DNA of 64,000 nucleotides from Tubulanus polymorphus (Eukaryota > Animalia > Nemertea). This document shows positions 39,001 through 52,900 of the stretch, one piece after another (position 1 is the stretch's first letter; every line of letters starts with the position of its first letter). Where the stretch lies: NCBI RefSeq assembly GCF_964204645.1, contig NC_134026.1, positions 2,131,950 through 2,195,949 of the forward strand, written 5' to 3'. The position numbers were made by a program, and so were the translations under genes. Below the pieces are notes generated by a model. The model ran no database searches and had not been told where the DNA came from. It was given only the letters and a program-made list of their open reading frames with translations.

Positions 39001-42000
39001 AGCATTACTTCGGTCTTTTTCGATATCTTTATCAGCGCGAGTATCGGTATCTGCTCTATCGACATCCTCGGCTTCCCCCATTGTTTCTTCATCTCTCTGT
39101 TCCCTGCACAGTTTGCACGAGTATCTACAGTTTCGCGACATCCACGCTCTATGGCCAGTACATTGACCATCTACTGCCCACCGTGGACATCCTACGTTTA
39201 AATCAACGCAATCTGAAATTGAGAATTTTATAATAAACACACGAAACCCCTACATACGATAAGTACGTATCATTTTATTTATATCCCGAAGTAGAATAAT
39301 CCAACCTAACACCTCTTATCTACACTAATACTAGCAAACAGTTATTTCTTATGTGTAAGAGTTATACCTCCATCTGAATCATCGGTTCCTCCGACTTCAG
39401 GGTCTCTCCCGTCACCTTCGTGGCCACATAATTGACAAGACTTACGGCAGTTTGTACTCATCCATCTTTCGTGAGATTCGCAGTTCCCACTGCTAGCCCA
39501 CCTCTCACATCCCACGTTCAGATCATTACACGCTAAATAAGGCAGTAACATAACCAAAAAGCCAAGTCAAAATAGGAGACGTAAATGCGTATAAAAAGCA
39601 GAAACGATAGGTGAATATAGTGAAGAAGTGCCGACAACAAATGCGTAATGATATTGAGTTGAACTCGATGAATGAGGCTCCCAAATAATCTCTCAGCAAA
39701 TCAGTCAAAAATTATACACGTGCACGTAGTTAAGCAAATGAAGTGGCTATGATTTACATATACTATGGCATTCTAGCCTTTAATTTCTACTCCATTCAAT
39801 AAGAGGAATAGAAAATATCACAGAAAAAGATGAGACAAGAATCGTGCCTTGAAACGATATGTCTTTCAGACAACCAGCAATATGATTATGAATGTTATCT
39901 TTGACAATACGGATAAAGACATAACGAGATAAGATCACATATTCCAAGAGGCAAAAAGAAGCAAAGCTTTCACCATAACCACCGAGAAAATGTAAAAAGA
40001 AATACCTACCAGAATCCCCTTCATCACCGCCTTGGATGCAGAAATTACAAGATTTTTTGCAGTTTTTAATCATCCAGTTTTTATGCGGTTCGCATTGTCC
40101 ATCAGATGCCCATTTGGGACACTTCGTTTTCTCGTCTTTGCATTCTAATGATATAAATGCAGATAAAATGTATTTTTAGCAACGTTCCTCATCAGGCAGT
40201 TGAACGTTTTGATCTAATTCTCGATATCAGTTACCTTCTCTCCCAGAATCATTTCCATTACCACGTCCTGTAGTACCACGGTCACCTTTAGGGCCCGTTC
40301 CCCCTGTATTAGTACCACGATCCCCCGTAGTACCACGACCCCCCGTAGTACCACGATCCCCCGTAGTACCACGATCCCCCGTAGTACCACGATCCTCCGT
40401 AGTACCACGATCTCCCGTAGTGCCACGATCCCCCGTAGTACCACGATCCCCCGTAGTGCTACGATTCCCCGTAGTACCACGATCCCCTGTAGTGCCACGA
40501 TCATCAGTAGTACCACCTCCTCCACCTTCGCGATCACTGCTTCCTCGATCTCCACCATCAGTTCCCCTACTACCTTCTTCACCTGCTCCAGTTGCTACTG
40601 TACCACCTGTCTCTGGTAGGCAGAGATTACAAGATCGTTTACAATTCTTGCTCATATATTTGCTGTGTTTACCAGAACAGAATCCTCGTCTCGCCCACCT
40701 TTGGCAGCCTTCATTAAAATCTTTACATCCTGGAGAAGAAGAACTTTACTACTTTCAAATGTCTAATACCACACCGAATACTCTATGAATATTCAGTGAT
40801 TTGCGAAGGGTGAGAATAGTCGATGAATATAAACCTTGATTGGCATCAGGTGGAGAACAATCATCCTCGTCTCCCCCGACTCCACCTGTTGTGCCTCCTC
40901 CACCTTCTGTAATTCCTCCGCCGCCACCATTGCACATCCCACAGGATTTCTTACAATTTTTACCCATCCAATCTTCGTTATTTTTGCACTCACCACCCCT
41001 ACCCCAGTTAGGACATTCGTCATTTAGATCATAGCAGCCTGCGAAAGATAATCAACAATTGATAATCTAAAACTACAACGATTAATTTACTTGTTATTGA
41101 GGCCTACATCAATTTAAAGGAAAACCTCGAAGCACAATCGGATACTTACTGGGTTGATCTGGACATTTGAAGCACGATCGTCTGCATTCAATTAGCATAT
41201 AACCCGGATTATTGTTGCAATCACCATTAGCTGCCCATGCTTTGCAGCTAGTGGAGGTATCCTTGCATTCTGTGAAAATAATTGACTATCGATTATGATG
41301 TAACGTATATCGATTTATGCGGTACAAAATAACCTACATCATTACCGTTACCTATTTACATAATATTATCTTAACCTGATATTTTGCACTGTTTTGATAT
41401 CACTTAAACCAAAAATTCAAAGCCGATTTTTAATTCATTTTTGACAAAACATGTATACGTTTAGACACATACCACCAGAAACTGTTGTGGTGATAACAGG
41501 ATACTGAGTTGTTTCAGTTGGAGTTATTGTTGTGGTTGGAGTTGGTGTCGTGGTCGGTGGTTCTGGAGATGTTTCAGGCTGACAAACGGCACACGATAGC
41601 GGGCAATTCTTCTTCATGTAGTCGACGTTTGCATCACAACCACTGTTACGAGACCAAATCGGACACATCGCATGATTATCAACACAACCTAAAAATTCAA
41701 TTGCGAAACCATGTAAAACTCCGTTAGTAGTCACAAGTAAGAATGGAGATCACGATGTACGTAAAGCTACCTTCGTTTCCTGTGATAGGGCACAAACCGC
41801 ATGACCGTTTACAATTTACATCCATATAACCAGGATTATCCTGGCATCCGTTATTTCTTGCCCATTGGTTACACATGTTCGCAGTATCCTTACACTCTAT
41901 AATAGATTAAGAATATACTTTTATTTTTGAATCATGCTAACAACCCTCAATAAACCTCAGAAATTTTTGGCCAAGATCCATGCTACGATGGTGATGTATA

Positions 42001-45000
42001 AATGGGTTCATCATTACCGGCCGGCGTGGTTCCATTATCGACACATTTTAAACAAGATTTCTCACAATTCTTGCCCATCCAAAACTCGTTAGTTTCACAC
42101 TCTCCTCTACTCGCCCAATCCTCGCAATTCTTATTCAAATCGCGACAACCTAATTAAACGATAATAAATATTTCTTACGACCTCGATCATTCGAAAAAAT
42201 TTGATTTTCAATTGAATGAAATGAAGCGTCATCCGTCAATATAGCTGATTTAATAACTAAGTATACCTTTATCTTTGCCAACATTAGGTCCACATACGCA
42301 GGTTCTTTTACAATTCTCAGCCATCCATTCACTATTTTTCTTACACTCGCCCATATTTCCCCATTCTTCACACCTTGAGTTCGCATTTACGCAATCTGGA
42401 AATGAGATCAATGTAAACTATGATTGCATGCTGATCGCACATTAGCATTCTCGGGTCAATCAGCGTTCTTGAAACTAACCATCAGATCCAGTGCTACCAC
42501 CCCCTCCTCCTCCAGTACCGGTAGTAGGACATGTGTTACAAGTCTTCATACAGTTTTTAGTCATCCAACTATTTGTTTCACATTGTCCTTGTTTTCCCCA
42601 TTCGGGGCATCGCTCTCTTGAATCCAAACATTCTGTCACGGTAAAAGTAAATATGCAAATAGGTTGTTTTTCAGAATATCATATCGAGTACTCGTATTGT
42701 CAAAATTTACCTTCGCATTGGCGACACGATTTTCTGCAGGCATCGAGCATATATCCCGGATTGTTTGTGCATTCTCCACTTTCTGACCACTCCTTACATT
42801 TGTCATTCTCATCAACACAAGCTATAAAATCCATTAAATAGAAAATTAGAGTTTTCTTCTTCTAAATGATCCTAGAAAAGATCGGTTAGACATTTTTTCG
42901 AAGTTACCTGGTTGGCATATTTTACAGGACAGTTTACACATTTCTTTCATCCATTCTGGATTAGCCTTGCATTCGCCATCTTCTGACCACTGTTTGCATC
43001 TGACATCCGTGTCTTCACAATCTTGGAAACAAAGAGAAAAAATACATAAACGAAAGTGTTGAAATCGTAAGCAATGACCAGTCAATGAAAACGAAATCTC
43101 ACCATCCTCGCCAGAATTGGAACATTTGTTACAGGATTTACGACAATTTGCTGTCATCCATTCTTTGTTTGATCGACATTCGCCTTGGTTCGCCCATGTC
43201 GTACATTTATGTGCCATAGTATATGTGTCCTTACATTCACCTTGAGTGAACATGATAAAAATGCATGTATATTCGGTACAACTTGTAACATAAGTCAGAA
43301 AACCTCTACATCTTATACCAAAAGGTGCGAGGCATAGTGTTTTTACCTGTGGGAGTAGTAGGAGTTGTCGGTGTGATTGGCTTGGTGCCACCACCGCATC
43401 CAGTACACGATTTCAGACAATTTCTCAACATCCACATTCTATTCTTGCTACATTCACCGCTGTCTGCCCAAATACGACATTTAGCTTCACCGTGGGAATC
43501 CAAACAGCCTGATAATTCATAATAAAAAAAGTTCCATAATTCATCGCCCAGTTGTTACTACTGGTTGATAGCTATTTCTAACTTACCCGATTCTTTGCCA
43601 CTTTCACACAATAGACAAGATTTTCGACATTTTTCACCCATCCAAACGGGATTTGCTTGGCACTCTCCATCACGAGCCCATATTTTACATTTCTCTTCAT
43701 CATAATGTAGGTCTACGCAATCGCCTGAATATAGAGTAACCAAAAATGAATAAATAATCTTCAAAAATATTCTGAACTTTGGTTCAAGATATCGGCCTGC
43801 GTGCTAAGCAAACATTATGAGTATTACCGTACCTTCTTTGACGCATTTACCGCAGGTCTTACGACAGTTTTCCACCATCCATTTTTTGTTACTCGTACAT
43901 TCCCCGCTACTTTTCCAGTACTCACACATTTTGGTATCAGAATGCGAGTCGTGGCATTTCTCTGGAATTGGCAAATTGCAATATGAAATGGGTAAGAAAA
44001 TGCGTTAAGATGAAGAAGTATTTTTTGTTATATAAAGTACCATAAAGACATCGTTTGCAGGAATTCGGACAATGGTGTAGCATCCAATTGGGATTTCCTT
44101 TACATTCTCCTTTTAATGCCCACTGTTCACACGATGTATGTAAATCCCTACAAACAGCTACAATGAAAGAAAGACAACTGATGTTCAACTGTTCTTAACG
44201 TTTAACCGGTCAATGTTAGAGCGTAATTGGAACAAACTACAAAGTATTCTTAAGATAACAAATGTTCACATATTTTCACTTACCCGGTACAACGGTCTTA
44301 TTGTAACATTTTCCGCACGCTTTTTTGCAATGTTCGGTCATCCATTCTGGATTTATGTAGCACTCCCCATAATGTGCCCAGTCGCTACACTGTGTATCAT
44401 TATTGTGTTCATTACGACAGTGCGGATCTGTTTAATAGAGGAAAAACCATCAATTCACAATCATTGTAACAATTTAAGTATTCTATTCATTTCGGATCTG
44501 TGTCAACAGAATAGAAAAAATTTTCTAGGTACATACAATTTCTTCATATTTTATGGAAGCATGATTAGACAAGATAATTATAAGTAGAAACAAACCTCCT
44601 CCGCCACCACCGGCTCCACTGATGCGGCAACTTTGAGTTCCATCTTTGCAAACGCAACGACAGTTTTTGTCTAAATATCCCGGTGCTCTGCATTTATTAT
44701 CAGAGCTACAGAGCGCTAAAAATGCAAAACGAAATTTCTCATTACTCACTGAATGTTAGTGTGCGCTCTGAACAACGGTCATAAGCTGTGGTAATGGTTA
44801 CTTCAGAGTGCTGATAAAGTGCTGATTTTGAAAGTCTCGTAGAGGCAGAGCTAGACCCTATCTCCCCACAGTGGGCGCCCTTTCTGTCATGCCGGGTCGT
44901 TAAAACCGACATATTCGATACTTATCCCCTATGGGAACTGAATCTTTTTGGATGGATTTCTTCAAACATATCTTGTAACACCTATGGTGGATCCCGCTTG

Positions 45001-48000
45001 TAGCCTTCCGCATGCCGAGCAATTCCCTTCGTGTTATTTTAGACCCGCGCCTTCCAATTTAGCTAAGATCCGTCCCTCGTTTCTCAGGATAAAATGTAAT
45101 TTCGTAACTCGATTCAGCTCTAGGATTCGGTGACTCACCTGAACAGTTATACATAAGGTTTACTATCTTAACGTCCAGAAATGTCAATGATTTGTGAGAT
45201 ACTCGTCCAATTTCTTTCTCTCTCGAACGATCTAAAGCTATAATGGTTTGGCTACCGTCTTTGGAAAATGCCTTTATCAAGAAAGATAAGAATATCATTT
45301 TTCCGAATGAATTATTTATCGAAATATTTTTCCAATCATGAAATTTACCGTAACTCCGTAATGCATGATAGATGATAAATCGTATTCAACCCCGTGGTTA
45401 TTTATTTTAGCTTCTTTGTATTTCTGAAACCATTCAGTCATAGCCGGATCTACGTTATCCCAAATTATGAATATGTGGTCATCTCTGTTTGGAAGCTGGT
45501 GTTCGTGAACTAAGCCAATTGCGTGCGCAATCTCATGAAGATACAATCCTCGCTAGAAGTAAGATAGATACAATTGAAAAGTAATTCAAGATTAATAATT
45601 AAAGATGTGCGTATATTGTTTTTTTCTTACCCATCTGCAGCCGTTACGATCAAGATTGATAGGTTGCGCGCCACCTATCATCCCTAGATTTGAATTACAT
45701 CTGGAAATACACGAATATTGAAGATCGTAATCGAGTTATTTAGAGAACATGAATTTCGACTTAGTGCTGTAGTTATATAGTTTTCGTGAAAGTAAACTAT
45801 CACAGAATTTCCTAGTGGATTTTTACCCATTTCCGTCTCTGAATCTGACTTTGTTGAATTGCCACGGTTGAGCGGGTGAGAATTTCAGGCAGGTTTTCTC
45901 ACTCCATTCATCCATTGATGCTTTTATCATTGCGATATCAACAGTAGCTGGAGAAAGAAATAAATACCACGCATTCACAGAATATCTGCCGCATTGTAAG
46001 GCGTGTAATATACTATAACTACAATAATATAGGACTTTGTTAACGGGGTTGAAAAGTAAGACACTCGAACTGCAACATTTTGCTTCAATTTTTTTTACAT
46101 GGTAGAAATACACGTTTAATTGTATACATATATCACCGGCTGATGATTAATGATACGTTGAAATCAAAATTTTGAATCTACTTACGAAAATCACTGAGTA
46201 CGAATTCGTATGGAATTGTTGCATTGGTCCATCGAAAAACAGTATCCCTTACTGCTTTTCTTTTATTGCGTCTTCGTTTTCGTCTACTGAAGGATAAAAA
46301 TACTAATAAAAAACGTTGTAAACAGATAAAATGCTGTTAACAAACGCGCAGGCTACAGCAAAAAAAAAAATCTATGAAGCCTGATTAAGATCTCTTTACC
46401 TGAAAATATGCATACTACGAAGGTTATTTGGTTCGAAACTCACCCGGCTCGTGGTTGATATAAACCTTCGTATTGGTCCTTGGTTAAAAGCAAATCCAAC
46501 TCAGCTAATACGGTATTATTAGACATTACTAATCCACCAGATGCTATAGCTGTGTATAAAAACCGCAACGAAACAAACAGTGAGTGTTCGAGCTTATCTG
46601 GGGTATATGTATAGAAAAATTAAAATGCGCAATAGAAATTTTCTAGTTTTTCTAATATTTCTTTATTACATCAACGAAAGACTTTTAAACCAATTAGGCA
46701 TAGTTATGAAATAGATATATTGCTATCAATTTTCCTTCAAAAAGTTCAGACTGATGTTGGGGCAATTTATTTGTCATGTCGTCTGACATAAATGAATTAT
46801 TGTCTACTGCGCTAAGTACTTTGTTTACGTGGTTTATACTCAATGGCAGGTTCCTCGTGTAACTGAATAAATCATTTCTATGAATTATGTTTTGTGGATC
46901 GAGTCATTAGTTTGTGGCTAGCACTTTTATCATTTTCATGATAGAAAATTGGAATATATCAAATGCCGGTCACGGCGTATTCTTACCGCTATCGCGCCCA
47001 CCGAGCGCCTTTAATAATGCTTGGTCAATTGTCATATTTGGTTCTCGTTCTGAGATGCCAGGTGGCCCGACAATTCTCTGTAACTGATCCCATCCAGGTG
47101 GATATCCAGGACTATCCGGTAAACCTGGCGGTTCAGCCCGCATCACCATCTCACTAATAGCTGGGGGACTTCCAGGCGGAGCATTCGGACCGTCATCCGA
47201 GCCTGGAGGTCCAATTTTTCCTTTTTTCAATCCTGGTTGATGGCGAGCAGGTCCCTGTGGAGTGTTTTGGTTATTAGTTCCTGGGGGTGATGGTGGGTCA
47301 CCAATTCTAATATCGTTAGGTGTTAGGCGCATCTCCGACAAACGGTTGATCATGTTATGCGTCGATGGTCTACCTGAAGTTATGCCCGAAGATGGTCTTC
47401 CCGAAGGAGGTCCGGTACGAGAAGGTCTCCCGCTAGGTGCCCCTGTCTGGTGTATATACTGACCAGTATGTGGTGAATGTACTGGTGGCCCTATCGGAAT
47501 TGCGTAGAGCACAGATATCTGCATAATATAATAGACAATATGACGTTTCAGTTTTTTAGACACTGTAACAGTGGATTTATTTTATCACTTTTGTTGAACG
47601 CTTTTGAAATGCGAAGAAGCCAGAAAGAATGCCGAAAGAATGCAATCTTCCGAACAGCTCAATAAAAAATTGTTTCCAACTTCGTTTAAAAACAATAAAG
47701 GCCAAGGCCGTATGTTTTCTTATCTCGTTTCCTGACTCGTTATCTCGCTTATTTCAACATCCGTAGCTGCCAACTTCTTGTAGTGATAGACAATTGATTG
47801 AACTGTAGCATTGTTAGTGGCAGGTTGCGGCCAAGAAATTCAAAAATAGCGGAAATAAGTCGAGCAGTTCTTTCCAAAATAATGATAAACAATCAATTAA
47901 TAGGTTTTAGAGAATAACACATATTTTCAGTTTCGTTAAATCAGCAAACAATAGAAACAAGTGTACTCGTTTAGATATCATAACTCTAGAACTATTAGCT

Positions 48001-48090
48001 TCAATATTTCATAAGAACAACATTTTGATTAAAGAAATATCAGCTTACCATTACTGAAAGTAAAGTGAAGACTGTCCACTGAATATCCAT
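36094..48090 (-). CDS. Secreted astacin metalloprotease with Pro/Gly-rich prodomain, EGF-like domain and 27 ShK domains
   Basis: Exon 1 MDIQWTVFTLLSVM (48090-48049) joins ISVLYA as a signal peptide. Pro-region ELDLLLTKDQY; polybasic RRKRRRNKR; HEIAHAIGLVHEHQLPNRD; SIMHY; EGF-like exon ~44596-44715; 27 phase-1 exons each with C..C..W...C...M...C...C..C. Stop TAA at 36096-36094. Confidence 0.92.
40268..40512 (-). repeat. Coding 18-nt tandem repeat encoding (GTTGDR)n
   Basis: cccgtagtaccacgatcc units inside ShK exon 16. Confidence 0.9.
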
Positions 48091-49031
48091 GTTTCGATAG
48101 TCAAAGAAGACGTAGATTCCTTATATATAAACAACGCAAATGTTACTGTCGACTGTTTTACTATGAACTGTTTTCCGCTCTATTCCGGTGACACGCATTT
48201 ACTTATACTCTCTATTTAAACCACAGAAAAGGATGTCTTCCATAAACTAATGACTGTTTCCAAAAATGCGAATGAGTATTTGTTTTGGTGAGCAAATGGA
48301 TCCTGTCTCAAATGAAAAACCCTATTTGGTTGCGTGGTACATTGTCGGGAACTTTTATACGATCGTGTATTTATGACTGTACAGCAATAAAAACTACTAA
48401 TGATATCCCATCAGTTATTAATGTCAAATTATAACTCCACGCGATAAATCTACGGTGATTTCAATGTTGCTGCATCGGTAGAAACAATTGCGCACAAAAT
48501 ACTAGTTCTTTGCTCCTATTTTTCTGAATCTGTAGATTTTTTATAATATTCTTGTTGTTGTCGATAGAATCGAGTCTCTGTTTCATTGCCACAGCGTAGA
48601 AGAGTGCATTGATGACTGTTGTTGGTCTCATTCGCGAGGTACTGTTCTGTTTCAGTGATTGCAAATAGATTACGCAATTTTATAATTTGCGCATCGTTTA
48701 AGGTGACTTCTTGGCAACTCCGACGATGATAAAAAAAAGTCCGTGAGTTTATGAGAGGCATCTGGAAAAATTCCAACTCTTTTTTCGACTTGTTTTTACA
48801 CGAATGATAAGTTTCTATTCACACCGTCGGTCTGACTGTGTTCAGTGCAAATTATGCATCGCAATGATGAAAGAAAAATCCGGCAATTACTTATTTACCC
48901 GGAATTTTTACCAGGAATCACTTTCTCTATCATTCAAGCGGAAAGTTTGTTCTCTGGGGCCGAGGAGAAAGGATTTCTAATCTATCTTTAAACTTTCTTG
49001 ATTTACCGAGTGGCAACGGACTTGTAAATTA

Positions 49032-49310
49032 TTAGTTTACACTTGATGCTTGGATGCTCAAAGCGATTTTTGAACTGTTTCTTGTATTTTGTCGTTGCAT
49101 TTTTAATGTGGCCGATGAACTAGCTACAGCCCCCGCAACTTCTATCTGCGAGTCTCGAAGTTCAGTGCGAAAGAGGTCGAGGATATCGTTCAATTCCAAG
49201 AAATCAGTTGGGAGCACATCTGCCATTTGATCATAACTCAAGGCATTTTCCATGTCGATTCTGGCAAATTGTTCAACAAAAAGTAGGGCTTCCTCATAGA
49301 GATCAGTCAT
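49032..49310 (-). CDS. Small acidic hypothetical protein (~92 aa)
   Basis: ORF MTDLYEEALLFVEQFARID... preceded by a strong acceptor (tttttttcccag, ~49347) and a candidate upstream donor (~49459). No recognised homology. Confidence 0.35.
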   Translation of the reverse strand: MTDLYEEALLFVEQFARIDMENALSYDQMADVLPTDFLELNDILDLFRTELRDSQIEVAGAVASSSATLKMQRQNTRNSSKIALSIQASSVN

Positions 49311-49940
49311 TCTAGAGTCAAAAATACTGTGATCACTAGAAATTTCTGGGAAAAAAAACAATATAGTAAACGACTGAATCCTTCTTGATCTTGGTGCCGG
49401 CTGTTTTGTTTGCGGGCCACCGTTGGAGTAAGTGACGGGTTAAACTCCCAGAAATTTACCAATTCAGGAGAAAGAAATATTTTCAAGTAAAAAGATTTTG
49501 TATTTCTTATGACCGAACGAATTATTAAAATCAGGGAACGTTCAATTAGTCTAATCAATTAGCAAACAAATGAGATAATAAACTCGATCCCGCCGCGGCC
49601 GGCCCGGGTCACTGATTGTGCACATAAAAATGATATGATCGGGTGTAACAAGAACATAGAACAGTAACATATAATAAGAATTCACAGGGCAACGCTGTAT
49701 TATTTTTTCATTCTCTCGGGATCCCGGCTCAGGGGCGCGCCGAGTTCGCCACGCCGTTTCATCTGAATTATGGCAAGTTTGACATTTATACTGCTAAATT
49801 AGACCATTCGCCTCTCAGGACAGGTTCCTGTCCCGAGAAACGAATTCTCCCAGGGCAGGTCCTCGGATTCTTAAGAATGACCCTACTCGTTCGTTTTGGT
49901 ACGTAGAATGTGCATCTGTCAAAATCACATGACAACAAAT

Positions 49941-52900
49941 ATGGCGGCGCCCATGGTTGTTTACATTTTATTGATACTTATAGTATATTTCTCATATTTC
50001 AATGTTAAAGCAGTGTCCTTCGATGAGTGTGAAGCTACTGGTACCTGGGAATTCATCGACGAATTCGAGAACAAATCCTTTTACGTTTGCAAGCTTTCTG
50101 ATTCCTCTGTGAATCAATATGAATGCGGATCAAATGGTCATAGATATACGATCAACAAAGAAAAGTTATTTGTCAATGAGCTGAATGTGTCAGATTCAAC
50201 ACTGTTATCATTCGTCGATCTAATGAAATTGCTCACTTATGAATGTGCTAAGTGCAAAGTTTGCTTCGCGGAGAATTCGAAAAACGTTGACGCCCGTATA
50301 AAACCGACAAGTCTTCGCAGACTTCAACATATAAATCACGTTCATCTGGTCTATATGAATCATCTAGATGTAGGTTACACGACCAATCATTTCTACCCTG
50401 GTATACATGTTACCATGCCTGGTTATATCAACAATGTGCTGAACTGGTATTTCAAAGTGTACTTCCCTCGTGCGATTAAACTTGGTCAAGAATTGAGACG
50501 CACGAATTCGTCTGAAACGTTCATTTACACGACACATCCGTGGTTAGTTACTATGTATCTGAATTGTCCGCGTTATTTAATCCTGAGTGGAGTTCAGCTA
50601 CAGGTATATTGTGAATTCACTAAAAATCATTCAAATTTTCTTAGCAATAAGATTACAATGTTAGATATAGAAATGCTCTACTCCGAGGAACTGGCCTGAA
50701 AATTAATATAGATAATTTTTATAGGTTTATTAGATTTTTAAGACCACAACATTTCGGCTGTTATCTGGCTGTTAGTCAACAGCTGAAATGATGTAGTCAT
50801 CCAAGTTTGATAAGTTACCTATATTGTTAATTTTCTATTTGTGTATTTTCTTAATGAATTTCTATTATCAGTGCCCAAATAAGGAAGAAATATCATCATT
50901 CACTGATGCAGTTAAAAGAGGTGTGATAACTTGGCACGCAGGACCATTGAACCAGGAAGCTGAGAATTCCGATGCATATTTATTTAACAATGGTTTGGCA
51001 ATCAGCGAGGAACTGGATGAACGGTTTGGAATTAAACGCAATTTCCGTACACTCAGTCAAAGAGATATACCGGGTAATTTCAAATATTCATTTCATCTTT
51101 CAAATTAAGTTCAGTGAAAATGGCTTAAGTCGTTGAGGTTGGGACGACTGTTGGTGACTTATCCAAGACAACTAGCACTTTGTACAGTGGAACTGCATTA
51201 TAACAAATTGTATATAATGATTATCAGTTATAACAAACCTAGGATTTTGTCCATAATCGAAGAATTTCAAAAATTTCTTACTGGATATATAACTTAACTA
51301 TTAGTTGTTATAACCACCAGATTTTCTGGTCCACTGAAATTCGTTGTAATGAGGTTCCACTGTAAATTGAATTGGAAAAACAAATCGAGACTCAAAAACA
51401 CGACTTCAGAGACTGAGACACTTATCAAAAATGACAATTTAATCTAGTTAAACAGTATCTTATCTATGTATTTGAATTTAATTTTAGGTATGACGCAGGC
51501 TGTTATTCCATTTTTAGCAGCGCACAATATTTCTGCGGTATCAGTGGGTGTAAACTGGGCAAGTTCTCCTCCCGCGGTACCCAGTCCAAATCGATGGAGA
51601 TATGGTAATTCTGAAGTTATAACATACTGGCATAAAGGCGGTTACCCGGGCTCGCCGGGAAAAGATCCGAAACATCCGGGAGGACTCAGTCGTAAAGACT
51701 GTCAAATCGTTCAGAATCTCGATCACGCTTTGTGTTTCGCTTTCAGAGCTGACAATTACGGCCCACCGGATAATATTCAAGAGATTAAACGCTATTATCG
51801 AATATTAAAGGGACAGTTTCCGTCTGCCAACATCAGAGCATCTACTTTAGAAGACTTTACGGCGTTTTTACACAAAGTAAAATCAGAATTACCAGTCGTG
51901 ACGTCTGAAATCGGTGATACTTGGATCCAAGGATCGATATCAGATCCTTTGAAAATATCCGTGTTCAGAGCTATCAAACGAGCGCAGAAGAAATGCTTCG
52001 AGATAAAAAAATGCTCCTTGAGCGACTCACGAATACGCAATATGACGAGATACCTGACTAAATTACCAGAACACACTTATGGCATCGCTTCAGCTCTGGA
52101 CAAAATTCACTGGTCAAACGCCGAATTCTATCCTCGACAATTCACTCAATCCAGTTTTCAGAACTGTACGAAATCCTGGATATCGCATCGACGATTCAAT
52201 GATCTGGCAGTCGAAGCATTAATGGATCATCCGCTTGTCAACGATATCAACAATCAAATACGAGAACTTCGTCCTAAAATTCCAAATCTAGACGGCTTCG
52301 TGAAAAATCCCGATCTCATAAACGACGGCATTAGATGCTCAAATGGCTTAGTACTGAAAATAAATAAACACGGATCTCTCGTTGAACTTTTTGATGCCAA
52401 TAAAAACATCCATTGGGCATCGGAATCAACTCCCTTGGGCCAGCTGATTTATAATACATATTCAGAAGAAGATACGAGAAATTTGACAAAATATTACGAC
52501 TATCAGGAAGGCGGTCCGGGTTACTATAAATTGAATGTATCGCGGGCTAGACCCGAAAGTAAATCATGGTTTCCCGATGTCGTAGATGTTTATACTAACG
52601 GAAATAATTCCGATATTTGTTCGAACGGAATCTACATTCTTCTACAGTTCACCAATGTGACTGCCTCGAAAAAATATGGCGCACCGCAAAATATTTGGCT
52701 TAAATATCAAATTCCGCACCATTTCGAGAAAACTATCGATATTGAACTGCAATACTTCGATAAGAATCCAACACGACTTCCAGAAGCGTTGTTCTTTAAT
52801 TTCTATCCGGTTCAACTGCCCGGACATCATTGGTTGCTTGAAAAGTTAGGACACATGATCGATCCGAGTAATATAGTTTTAAATGGTAGTCAATACCAAC

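Noticed and set aside
40268-40512. Regular repeat array as CRISPR-like
   Set aside because: Head-to-tail units with no unique spacers, inside a eukaryotic coding exon.
46394-46443. ttttcag|gtaaag on the minus strand as a recursive splice site
   Set aside because: The first segment would be only 44 nt within a 157-nt intron; likely chance.
40420-47462. Plus-strand ORFs overlapping the ShK/astacin gene
   Set aside because: Antisense shadows of coding exons.
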